From NCBI RefSeq assembly GCF_009834535.1, contig NC_045696.1, forward strand, positions 44,704,001 to 44,768,000: DNA of 64,000 bases. Direction: 5' to 3'. Positions 39,286 through 50,720 of this stretch are shown here, piece after piece (within the stretch, counting starts at the first letter, position 1; every line of letters begins with the position of its first letter). Source of the stretch: Camelus ferus. Lineage: Eukaryota. Made by a program: the position numbers and the translations under genes. The notes beneath the pieces are model-generated. The model was not told the DNA's origin. It did no database searches and saw nothing but the letters and a program-made list of their open reading frames with translations.

Positions 39286-41769
39286 AATAGCCAGGACTTC
39301 ATTTTGGCTCCGCATAACCTAACCCACGTGTGCTTTTAAACTCTATTCCTTGGCTTCTCCTCTCCAATTCTTCATGATTTCTTACTTTGCTTCTACGGAC
39401 TCTCCCATAAACCTGACCACAATGCGAAAAGTTCTTTGCATTGGAAAATGCCTACAAATGATAAAGAAGTTGCCAGACAAAGCATTTTAAGATTAGAGAG
39501 AACCTATCATAGTTTATTGAAATAAAATAAAAGGTAAATCAAAGGCTGGATTGGTATAAAATATATTTTATCTCCCTGCCCCCTACACAAAAGAATTTTG
39601 AAAAAGAGAAAAATATTTTTAAATCCTTCATTTGTATTCCTGAAACATCTGAACGAAATATTTAAATGCCTAGAAAGGCCTGGAGTTGCTGTGTGCTATT
39701 AGAATCACATGACTCACGTCCTTTGTAAACTCCCCATGACTGAGTAACTATTGTCAGACCTAGCTTAGAATTAGAAGCTTATGTTTTTTGACCAACAAAT
39801 TTGCCAGGGTTAAAAGGCCCTTTTGACAGAATGTTCCACTTAAGGTTCAATGAACCTAGAAACAATAAAATCTAGAAAAAAAAATGAGGACATTAAGAAT
39901 ATTTTTCTTTCTCTTAAATTAAACCCTTATATTCTTGAACTGCTTCCTTTTCTTGATTGGAAAGAAAAAAAACCTTTCTAAAGGTTCTTCTTTCCAAAAT
40001 ATTGTGATATCCATGTTTTCTGGCACTGGAACAGATCAGTTGAGTACTCTCTACATATTTTTAAAATACTACATATAATGCCTATATTATAAATACTAGG
40101 AATATATATATATAAACACTATGTTAAATTTCGTGCTAATCTTGTTAATGTAGGAATTAGACATTGGGCAAAGTGCAAGGAGTAGACATTACAGTCCTGA
40201 CTCCAATAAATATTTCAGAATCGCTACTTTTAAAAGGTAATTCATGAAACACGTCATCTACATATCTCTTAATAATTCCACTGCTATTAGTCTCTCTCGT
40301 GTAGACGTGGTAGTTGGAGTGTAGACCATTATACAAAGCAAAGGTGGATTAATACTACTAGTGTCTGAAACAGTTAACCAAAAATGTTTATTAAAACTAG
40401 AAAGTGTGGCTGAGAGGGCATGGAAAACAACAAGCCGGTGCCACAGTGTGCTGGAGTTGGTCTCAAGATGGAAATTGTCATAAACAGGCCCTGAAGAGAA
40501 GAAGAAACTAATCTTGAATCTTTATAATTTAGTGACCTAACATTTCTTCATTTATCCTCAATATAACCTTCATACTGGACTGAAAAGAAACATTCTCCAT
40601 GAATTTATGTTGATGTTCTTATTTACAGAAAAAATTATCCAACGTAATATGCTTCCAGTGTAACCTACGGTTGGAATCTGTAATCTGTGCTTCCATATCA
40701 TGCCCACTTCAGATGATAAACATTAAACCAATATCTTAAATTGCTTCACACTTTAATTTTATCTGTAAAAAATCTATTTGGCTGTTTAACACTTAACATA
40801 GGTCTCAGCCATCCCTTCCACCACCCTTCTCTTGGTTGCCACGTCAGTAGACAGAGAGAATAAAAGCATCTGCCTGAAGCAAATACGCTGCGGTTCACTG
40901 TCAGAGATTCCCAAGAAACCAAACACAAAAGGAATAAAAATGAGAGGCATGTTTTATTAAATGTCTTCTACACCTGCTTCCTTTATCTTTTAGACCTGTT
41001 TACCAAAGCCCATTGGATAGCCTTCATTTTTTTTTTAAAGCCACCAGATATATGAGCTAGTGGTTATTTTTGTCACTGCACTGAACATTTGTCTCGTAAC
41101 ATTAAAATATTAAGGGTAATGGCCTAGTATTAAAAAATAATAATGTTCCATACATGTAGGGGATCTCCATGAAAGCTTTTCAGCTGAAAAAAAAGGTTAT
41201 AGTTGCTAAGCAGACTGGTTATTTATTAAGCTAGTATTGTAAATAAAAAGAATATTTAAACAGCTGGTATCTCAGTGATCCTACCATTAATCTTCTCCAG
41301 AAAGGGTGTAACAAGAAGTGATATTTGACAGTAATTTTAGAAAATGATAATGGAAACCAATTGATTATGCAACTTGCGTTTTACTCTCCAAATTATGTTA
41401 AAAGAGCATGCAGTCTGCTCATTTAAATTCATTTTAAAATTACAATTATTTTGACCTACAAAATTTATCTTTCAGGATGAGGTATCGGTTTTTTAAATTA
41501 GTGATTTGTAGTAAATTAGTAATCTGTTAAAATTCATTTCTTTATAGCACTGTTTGGGAAATTACATTTTTTTCAGATTAAAAAAAATTACGTCTGAAAT
41601 TTCAATAGAACCTAACTAGGTAATGAAAAATAAAGCAAACAAACCAATAATACATAAACAAAAATGTTGTGTATAACCAGTCAAAACCTTCCATCTGTGC
41701 AGTAGAGTAATGCATGATAATTTTTAAAAATACATACTTTATTGCTACATATTTTCATGGACACTATAT

Positions 41770-42585
41770 TTTTAAATAAAAGTTTAATTTTAGAATGTTT
41801 TTGGGTTTATAGAAAAGTTTTGAACATAGTACAGAGTTCCATACCCAGTTTCCTCCATTATTAACATCTTACTAATATATTTGTTACAGTTAGTGAACCA
41901 ATAATAATTACATAATTATGAATTGAAGTTCATACTTTATTTAGAATTTCTTAGTTTTTAGCCTAATCTTATTAGAATGCCACCCTAAATTCAGTCATCA
42001 TGCCACTGTAAGGTCTTCTTGACTATGACAGTCACTCAAATCATCCCCCTCCTTTTTTATTGACAGTTTTGAGAAGTACCGGTCAGTATTTAGTAGAATA
42101 TTGCTTTATTGGGATTTGTTTAGTGTTTTTCTTATGATGATATTGGGATTGGGGGTGTATTAGGTTTGTGGGAGGAAAACCGCAGAGGTAAAATGCAGTT
42201 CTTACCACATCATATCAAAGTTCCATACTATCAATATGATTAACAACTACTGTTGTTAACTTTGAACACTGGCTGAGTTGGTGTTTGTCAGGTTTCTGCG
42301 TGGTCAAGTTACTCTTTTCCCCTCTTTTCATGATATCCTTCTTGGAAGGAAGTTACTATGTACAGCCCACACTAAGAAGTGGGTACTTACACTCTACTTC
42401 CTTAAGGGTGAAATCTCTACCTAAATTATCTGGAATTATTCTACATGGGACATTTATCTATTCTCCCTTAAATTTATTTAATCATTTATATCAGTATGGA
42501 CTCGTAGATATTTATTTTATGCTTTCAATTATATTCCATTACTACTTTGCTTATTTTATTGCTGTAACGGTTCCAGACATAACTT
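41770..42585 (-). mobile_element. L1MC-type 3'UTR fragment
   Basis: 'ttatagaaaagttt..atagtacagagttccatacccagtttcctccattattaacatctta', 'acagttttgagaagtaccggtcagtattt', 'ggaggaaaaccgcagaggtaaaatgc'. Confidence 0.8.
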
Positions 42586-42809
42586 TTGAACTATTTCTTT
42601 ATATTTGGAATTCTTAGCACAGTGCCAGAAACATAGTAGATGCTCAATAAATGGTAACTTAATGCGAAACTAAATGTAGAAATATGCACATGGTCTGTTT
42701 CCTAATTAAGAAATGGAAAATGTACTTTATTAAGATGAACTTAATCCTTAAATTAAGTTCCTCACTTACACCCTTAGGAAGAAAAATAAAATTGAGAGGA
42801 GACACAGTA

Positions 42810-43335
42810 TATAACTTAGATTTTGCCACAGTAATATAGCATTATAAACAATCACCAAAACTTAGCAGCAAACACAATAAACATTTATTTAGCTTGTGAG
42901 TCGGGGGATCAGCTGATCTGGGATGCGTTTGGCTGATTTGGGCTGAGTTCATGCCTCTGTGTATGTGCAAATGTAAGAGGGTGGGAGAGGGGTGAGGGGG
43001 AATCAGCTGGTGCGAGTTATGCCTCAAATGGTATAACTGGGGCAAATTAACTCCAGTCCAACATTGTCTCTCTTCATGAAGCAGGCCAGCTTAAGAATGT
43101 TCTTGGCAAGAGTGAGCAGAAATGTGTAAGTCCTTTTCGCAAAATTCTGTTTGCATGATATTTGCAATCATTCCATCAGCCAAAGCAAGGCACAAGGTGG
43201 GCCCAAATTTAAGGAGAGGGGAAAGAGTCTGTGTCTCCTTGGTGAGAGGAACTACAAAGTCACACGGCAAACATAGTGTATACAGGACACGGTAAAGAAT
43301 AGGGCCGTTAAAGCAATCAATCTCCCAGGCATAAC
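42810..43335 (-). mobile_element. MLT1(F-H)-type ERVL-MaLR LTR
   Basis: 'aacaatcaccaaaacttagc..caataaacatttattt', 'gccaaagcaaggcacaagg', 'gagaggaactacaaagtcacacggcaaa'. Confidence 0.8.
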
Positions 43336-44089
43336 TATACAAGAGAAAGTGTCTAAGCTCTCATGGGTGTGTGTTTATTGTTTTTGAAATAAGTTTCCAT
43401 CCTGTTTTTGTTGTGAATTATGACAGTAAATGGAAGTGCGGTGTTATCATTAACTGTCATATTTCAAAAGCTGTTCTCTCCAAACTGAGGACCAAATCAT
43501 TTAAAAGTATAAGATAGTAATTTGCTTTTCAATTCTGCACACATCTCGGATTATAATAAAATCTTATTGAACAAAAGCTTTTTAATAGGGGTGTATTTTC
43601 AATATGAATGAGAAACTCATGCAGCGAAATTTGAAGTGTAATAATGAACAGATCTGTAAAATGAAAGAGTCAGCTAAGCCTATAAATCTCCTCCATATAC
43701 ATTTATGCCAAAATTAGATGTATGAATAATCTATTCTTAGTGAATATTCAGGAAAGGATAAACTCATATTTCTAAAGAGGTCTCCATGGAAATGTGCTTT
43801 CAAATAGAGTTATTGACAATTGCAAAATATACAACTTGCATATTTGTTGTTTTAGGGTTTGTTTAAAAAATAAGCCTTTAAGAATGCATGCATATCAAAT
43901 CCTAATATTTTTTCTATAGAAAACTGAAATGAAACAAACTGAAATAAATATCTTTTCTTCTCAAAACATTTGAAAATAATGCATGAGATGTAATTAAACA
44001 TAAACTTTTATGTTTACATCTCATGTTCTAAATACAATCCTGAAAGAGGTGGTTTCTATTACATTTCCCTTAGAAAGCTGCTTATGTTT

Positions 44090-44320
44090 GAGGCAGCACT
44101 TTGTAATAAAAAAGATAAGAATTTCAGATCCAGGAAGATCTGGATTGAAATCCTGATTCTCTCTCTTTTGTTTTTAATCCCTGGGAGCCTCAGTTTCCTT
44201 ATCCATAAAAAGGAAGTATAGTGTCTATCTCATATGATTTTTAATGAGAATTTAATGCTTTATAAAATGTCAAGCTTAGTACAGTGCTTTACACATAACA
44301 AGCTTATTATTAATGTTTTG
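44090..44320 (+). mobile_element. MIR SINE
   Basis: 'aggcagcactttgt..gaagatctggattgaaatcctg..gagcctcagtttccttatccataaaa'. Confidence 0.75.
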
Positions 44321-44677
44321 ATATCACTGATACAAACTGTTACATTTATTTAGTATCTTACTTTCCAATACTAAGTTTTAAAAAAGTCTTTCAGTCTCTT
44401 GCCAAGGTACATGCATCTGCTATCCTCAGGTTTACATTATCTGCCATATACCAAAACTTTGATTCCAATGTAGGCATGGGAAAATGCATACTAGCAAGAA
44501 AATCCTCCTGCAGAATCTGAGCAAAACAAATGACTAGTAGAAACCAGTATGTTATTACAAGTATTTATATATATACTCTCATCCTAATCATTTCCTCTGA
44601 AACTTAACAGGAGTATGTACATTAACCAGTTTAATATAATCAATTTGCCTCACTAATATGAACATTGAAAAGATTTT

Positions 44678-44737
44678 CATATATATATATGTATGTATGT
44701 ATGTGTGTGCGCACACACACACACACACACACACACA
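44678..44737. repeat. Compound (TA)n(TATG)n(TG)n(CA)n microsatellite
   Basis: Read directly; 60 bp of unbroken purine-pyrimidine alternation. Confidence 0.95.
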
Positions 44738-46494
44738 AATTAAGCTGGAGAACTTGGTTCAGAACACGTAGAGCTCTGAGAAATGGCCATAGGAAAGCAA
44801 ACAGGATTGCAAATATTAAACTTTGGTTTGAATATCACTTGTTCCATCTTCCTGAGACAATGAAAACTCTTGCTTATAGCTGTAATAATCAGGCTACAAT
44901 GTGAGATACACATCTAAGAACTGTTCTTAGTTTAATTTTTGTGCTATTGCTGGATTTTTTTCATAGGAGATTGTAGTTGATGCCGGGTCTCACTGCCAAT
45001 GTCAGTTAAGGACAAACAGGCTCAATCAAATAAATTGATGTTCAATGTGCAGTTTTTCAATGAGCAGGCTTCCCCTGGCCCATTGAAACATTCTGGTCTT
45101 CCGGCCAAGGAGTTTTTCACTACAAGATTCTGAATATCATATTGCATACACTCCATGAATAAGTTATATCTAAGCCACTGACCCTCCTTTACCTTCTTTG
45201 GATGGTGCTAAGGAGAAGTCTTATGTTTCTAAACAGAGCTTGACATTATTTCCATCATGGTAAAAAATGTATGCACACTCCCAGACAAGCTGACACCCTG
45301 AAACTGGATTATAAACAGTGTCTTTAAATTTTATGATAGACATATGATGAGCTGATCAGGGTGAATCTATCAGTGAGTCTTTGTCCCACTGCAAAAAAAG
45401 TGCTCCTGAGTCTGTTGCCAGGAAGAAGACTGAGTGATTAGTTAAGAGCAATAGAGGTGTTTCTTTGTATTCATATTTCCCTCCCCCAAAGTCACTTACT
45501 TCATTGTCCCACCAACAGGGATATGTGGAAGGGTCTTAGTTATAAGACTAACTGGTGTTAAAATACAGGAGTGAGGTGCCCTTGATATTAAAAATTCCTT
45601 ATGATTCTTCTCAACTTCAAAATCTATTCTCCCCATGAAATGACTTTTTCTTTTAAATTCTTTGGTATTTATGGAATTAGTAATGTGTTGCGTTAACACA
45701 AAGCCTTTCATCCGGGAACCTCAAAGCACTTTTTATTTGTCACATACTTTGATTAGTTTCATATGACTATAAATTGCTTTTGTGATTGATACTGAAGTGA
45801 GAAAACAGTAAGAAAAACAAAGTATAATTTTGGGAAAACTTTCAAATATGTAAGATTTCATCTTAACCAATTGTCTTAGTTTTCTATAGTTTATGGTAAG
45901 TTAGACTAAAATGTGAAAAGTTAGCTTTGGTAAGATCTGATTCATTTAAATTAGATTTTAATTTAAAATGGTTTGTCCTTATTTTGAAAATATAATATGC
46001 AGAATAATTTGTCTCAGATTTTGAGTTTCCTTCAGTAAAAATTTCATATCTTAATATATGTAAATGTATTCTACATTGGCCTTTTTATCCTCTTGGGCAA
46101 TTACTAAAGTAATTCATAGACCTGTTCTTACTGGTAAGTAGGGATAAATTAAATTTGTCAGGACACTAATGTAGCTTTAGATAAATTATATTCCATTGAC
46201 CTAAAAGATAGCTATTCTCTAGAAATGAAGCTGTTTATTTCTTAATTCTTGTATGAGTTTATATTGGAATTTTGAGAGTGCTAATGAAATCACTCTTAAT
46301 GAGCTCTTATTTAGTAGAGCACAGTACGAAGTTCTGTCATTCCGCCTAGTGATAATACATGTGTATAGAAACTGTGAACCAGTTTTCTGCATGTGAATAG
46401 AATTCTAAGCCTAACTAAATATTTTAAACTCTTGTGTATGTGATTTAAAGCAAGTCTCTGGAAAGAAATTACAATATAAAAATAAGCAAAATCA

Positions 46495-46640
46495 TAGAAT
46501 GGTTTGCCATGTTAGAGTCTGCCTCTGCTGCCAGGCAGTGATATGACACTGGGCAAATTCCTTAAGTTTCTTCAATTGTAAAATGAGGGCATATATGTTG
46601 ATTCCTCAAGCTGTCTGAGGCGTCTGGGTGATTTAAGAAA
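46495..46640 (+). mobile_element. MIR/MIR3 fragment
   Basis: 'tatgacactgggcaaattcc..agtttcttcaattgtaaaatgaggg'. Confidence 0.55.
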
Positions 46641-47034
46641 TTGTAACTCTTTCTAAAATGTGGATTGTTTTTTCTGTTTTGGAGGCATGATTATGGTTGT
46701 TTGCTATTGACCAAAAAAAAAAAAAAGTAGTGATTAATTATCTTACTTCAGTTCTGGAGTCAGAAGTGCTGAAGCAACCAGTGGCAAGTCACAGAAGAAG
46801 AAACACACCATCTAGAGAGCTTAACAGAGAAACAGGTGCTTCTCTTTCTCCTTCTGAAATTTAATATGAGTAAATTAAAAGGAGGACACAAACCTTGCTA
46901 GATATTTCTAAGAGTACACTATGTGACTGTCACGATTTTCCTCCCATGGTTATTATATGACTCAACATCAGCATGGTGCTATTCATTTCTTCCACATACA
47001 AAGTCTTAAGTAATTAATACAGTGGTATTGGAGG

Positions 47035-47609
47035 ATATATTTATTATGACTCTTTCAGTAGCAAGTAGGAATCTATCTCAAACTGAACTTATAAAAGTTG
47101 AATTTATTAGGTCACATAATTTCAAAATAATGGGATGGAACTGGCTTCAGGCCTAGAATCCAGAGCTTAGATGATGCCAAAATACACATCTCACCATCTC
47201 TTGGCTTGGTTTTCTTTAGTCTTGACTTCATTTGAACAACTTCTTGTCATGATGTGTGTGGGTAGGATAGCCAGTATTATAATTCTTCCACTCAGCAACT
47301 TCAGTGTGAAAAGCTTCTCTTTCTTAATAGTTCCAGGAAAAGTTCTTCAGCTGAGTCACTTCGTCTGGTGTGGGCCACATGCCAGCTGAACCAAACATTT
47401 GTTTCAATGGGTCGACTGTTCCTATTGGCCAAATTAAGTGGGTGCTAATATCTGGAGCCTGTCAGAGTTGGGGGTGGGAACAATGTCAATTTGCCTGAAT
47501 TGCATAGGCTAAGATTTGGGACAGAGTGATGATGCAATGACAGTCAGGGTGCTGTTCCCAGAAGCATGATTGATTGCTGGGCTGGCCCATACAATAGATA
47601 TCCACTCCA
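47035..47609 (-). mobile_element. MLT1K-like ERVL-MaLR solo LTR
   Basis: 'gactctttcagtagcaagt..ctcaaactg..gaatttattaggtcacataat..ctggcttcaggc', end 'gggtgctgttcccagaag..tgctgggctggc..agatatccactcca'. Confidence 0.75.
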
Positions 47610-47799
47610 GTAAAGAATCAAGAAGGAAGAAAAGTCAGAAAGTAAAGTACCGTTCTTTCAACAACTTTATTTTGAGTGTTTCTATGTGCCCCATACACTT
47701 AGGACACAGAAGTGAACATAACAAACAAAAACCTTTATTCTTATCTTATTTCCTCTGGTCAAAGAGACAGAATATGTGTTGACCTCTGGAGAAATACTG

Positions 47800-48150
47800 T
47801 GTCTTGGTCTGTTCAAGCAACTATAACAGAGTATCATAGCCTGGGTGGCTTAAAAACAATAGAAATTTATTACTCACAGTCCTGGAGGCTGGAAAGTCCA
47901 AGATAAAGGCACCAGCAGATTCAGTGTCTGATGAGAGCCCATTCCCTCGTTTATACAAATGATCATCTTCTCTTCGTGGTCATCGCATTTTAGAAGGGAC
48001 AAGGGAACTCTCTGGGGTCTCTTAGGAGGACACTAATTTCATTCATGACTGCTCTACCCTCATGACCTAATCACCTCCCAAAGGCCTCCACTTCTTAATA
48101 CCATCATATTGGGTTAGGTCTTCAACATATGAATTTGATGGGGACATTAA
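47800..48150 (-). mobile_element. MLT1A0-type ERVL-MaLR LTR
   Basis: 'tgtcttggtctgttc..ctgggtggcttaaaaacaatagaaatttattactcacagtcctggaggctggaaagtccaagat..ccctcatgacctaatcacctcccaaaggcc'. Confidence 0.9.
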
Positions 48151-50269
48151 TATAATATACTTTATGATATAGGAACTATTTGGATTCAAGTTTGGTTCAA
48201 GACTGAATTTGCATATTAATTCATTTCTAACTTCCATCCACTATAATTTTGAGGACAAGTGGTTTCATTCTCTTAACAACTGATTGTTGCCTATAATAGT
48301 TACAGACTTCTGAAAACTTAGTAACAGAATTTTCAAACCTGCAATATGTCATACATTATTGTAATCTTTACTTATTTTTATTGGTAAAAAGATTAATTAT
48401 TTTTCATATACCCTTTGGGGAGCTAATTAGCTGTTTTTTGGAGAGGTTTTCCCTATTTCTGTACTACTGTTTCCATGATAATAATATGACTTCATGGCAA
48501 AGATAAAATTGTTTTTATATTCCTATCCCTTCTACCCCTCAGCCTCCTCAGAGCACATCTTAAGGCAAGGGAAATTTGTAAAGATTATTCCTTAGCATTC
48601 TTGATATTACTTGGGAAACTCCTTTTTATAAACTTTCTAAAGGAATAAAACTGTGGTTTGTTTTTTTTTTTAAAGTCCTAGGTGCTTTGTGAAGGAAGTG
48701 CTGGCTGGTTCTTACATGTTAAAACATTAGAACACTTCATCCACAACAGTTAATAAAGACGGAAAGTTAAATGCATAATGGCTCTGATTAGTTTAACTGT
48801 ATTACATGATTCTTTGGTGTTCAGCTGGTAGGGGAATGTGAGTTAGCTATAGTATTTAAGAGACTGCTGTCCTAATTTGCATGTCATATTCCTGGGATGA
48901 TAGGTTCTTTCTGAATCTGATTTAACACAGTTTTTCCCTCCAAAAGAAGAAAGAAGATGTAAATTAACATGAAAAGCTTTTCTTTTAAAATCTGCCCCAA
49001 GATTCATTACCAACGGTATGAACCCCTTTTCAAATTACATATGAATATAAAATACTATACATAAACCTTTGTATACAAATCAGAAGCTGCCTATTTTTAC
49101 AGTTATAATATGAAGAGATTCCTAAACTCTCACATTTCCTAAGAGGAAAATATATCTTTTTTAATCAATTTTAAATTTAGGCCCATTTAAAATTTAAAAA
49201 AGTTGTAGCCTAAACTCAAATCCTGTTTGTAAATACATTATTCTGCACAACAACTCCTTATATAACAAAGTCATCTTTAAGGCATGAATTTGGCCTCTGT
49301 TGCCCATTCTTAGCATTTGTTTTCTAAATATTTATTCGTATCTGTCGTATTCTTTAAAAAGAATGTGATCCCTCTTATAATATGAAGCTTAAGAGCCCTA
49401 TTAATGATCTTTTGCTATTGGGCCTGATGGAGAATCCCTGAATTTCCATAGACTGTATACTGGTTTAAGATTAATTTAACATGCTTACTTTTAATATACT
49501 TTTCCTTACTGTTGACATAGTCTGTTTATGCACTATTATGACATTATGAATCAACATTATGAATCTCTAAGGCATTTTATATATGTTTATATTTGATGGA
49601 TACAAGTAATTTTTAAAATGTTAATCACAAATTTAAGGTTCTTAGAAAATCATGAAAAAATATCTACAATTCAGTTTATTCAGTATCTACTAGGGAAAAT
49701 TTAAGCTATAAATATTAAGAAATATTTTACTATTAAATAGATACCAAGTTATATGACAATAAATTTTAAGTATTATATAAACATTTCATTAAATATAAAA
49801 GACATTTTTATTTTCTCAAAATTCTCATTACTTGGATGTTCTGTCAATCCTTAACAACTTGGCAAGTGTAGACTAATGAGAAAAATGTCAAACTGCTTTT
49901 CCTACAATGAACCATTCATGTTATTAATGATACTATATAGAAAACATATATAGAAATAATGTTATATTCCTGACCAGTGTATGTGGAATTGGAATGTTAT
50001 ATGCCAGTTGCAAAATACGTGAAAGTGTTCTTCAGGAAAGGATGAGATGACTGGAGAGTTTTAGACAGTGAGTAAGTAGCCAAAGGTTGAAACAGAGACT
50101 ACAGCTCTGTGGTTGCTAGTACCTCAGATAACAAGTAAGGGAATTAGGATAAATGGTAGAGGATTTGCACTCAAAGTCAGGAGCCAAAGGATTTTAGAAT
50201 CATTAACTCAGTGTAAATAGGTCTCAGAGGTTTTATTTAATTATTTAAATTATAAGCGTATGTTGAGTA

Positions 50270-50705
50270 CAAAGTCCTGTAGTGGTGATGATGCAGACTG
50301 GATTGGATCCCAGATCTATCACTTACATCATCTTCATGGCTTATGCAATTGACACGTGCCTCAATTTCATATCAATAAAAATAGCAAAACAAAATACAGT
50401 TGACCCTTGAACAACGCAGAGGTTAATCCGCCTATAATTTATAGTCGGCCCTCCATACCCGAGGTTCCTCAGCATCCTCAGATTCAATTAACTATGGACC
50501 GTGTAGTACTGTAGTATTTACTATTAAAAAATTTCTGTGTACCAGTGGATCCATACAGTTCAAACTCATGTTGTTCAAGGATCAACTGTAAAAGGAAACT
50601 AAACAAAAACATCTTATATGTTTGGGATTTTTTTGGTATATATAGAAAATTATATGGAATTCACCTTCTACGTGGTAAGCACTCAACAAATTGTATTTAC
50701 TATGA
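50270..50705 (+). mobile_element. Degenerate MIR split by the Tigger insertion
   Basis: 'cagactggattggatcccagatctatcactta..gtgcctcaatttc' before and 'gtggtaagcactcaacaaatt' after the Tigger. Confidence 0.5.
50397..50588. mobile_element. Tigger2-type (Tc1/mariner) MITE, complete
   Basis: TIRs CAGTTGACCCTTGAACAAC / GTTGTTCAAGGATCAACTG (18 of 19 match), TA TSDs at 50395-50396 and 50589-50590; 192 bp. Confidence 0.92.
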
Positions 50706-50720
50706 TCTGGATAAAGAAAT

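Noticed and set aside
6656..49565. Scattered two-copy tandem duplications (e.g. ~6656-6698, ~27602-27632, ~36995-37043, ~37556-37597, ~49541-49565) as a CRISPR-like or designed array
   Set aside because: Only two copies each, unrelated to one another; ordinary slippage micro-duplications in eukaryotic DNA
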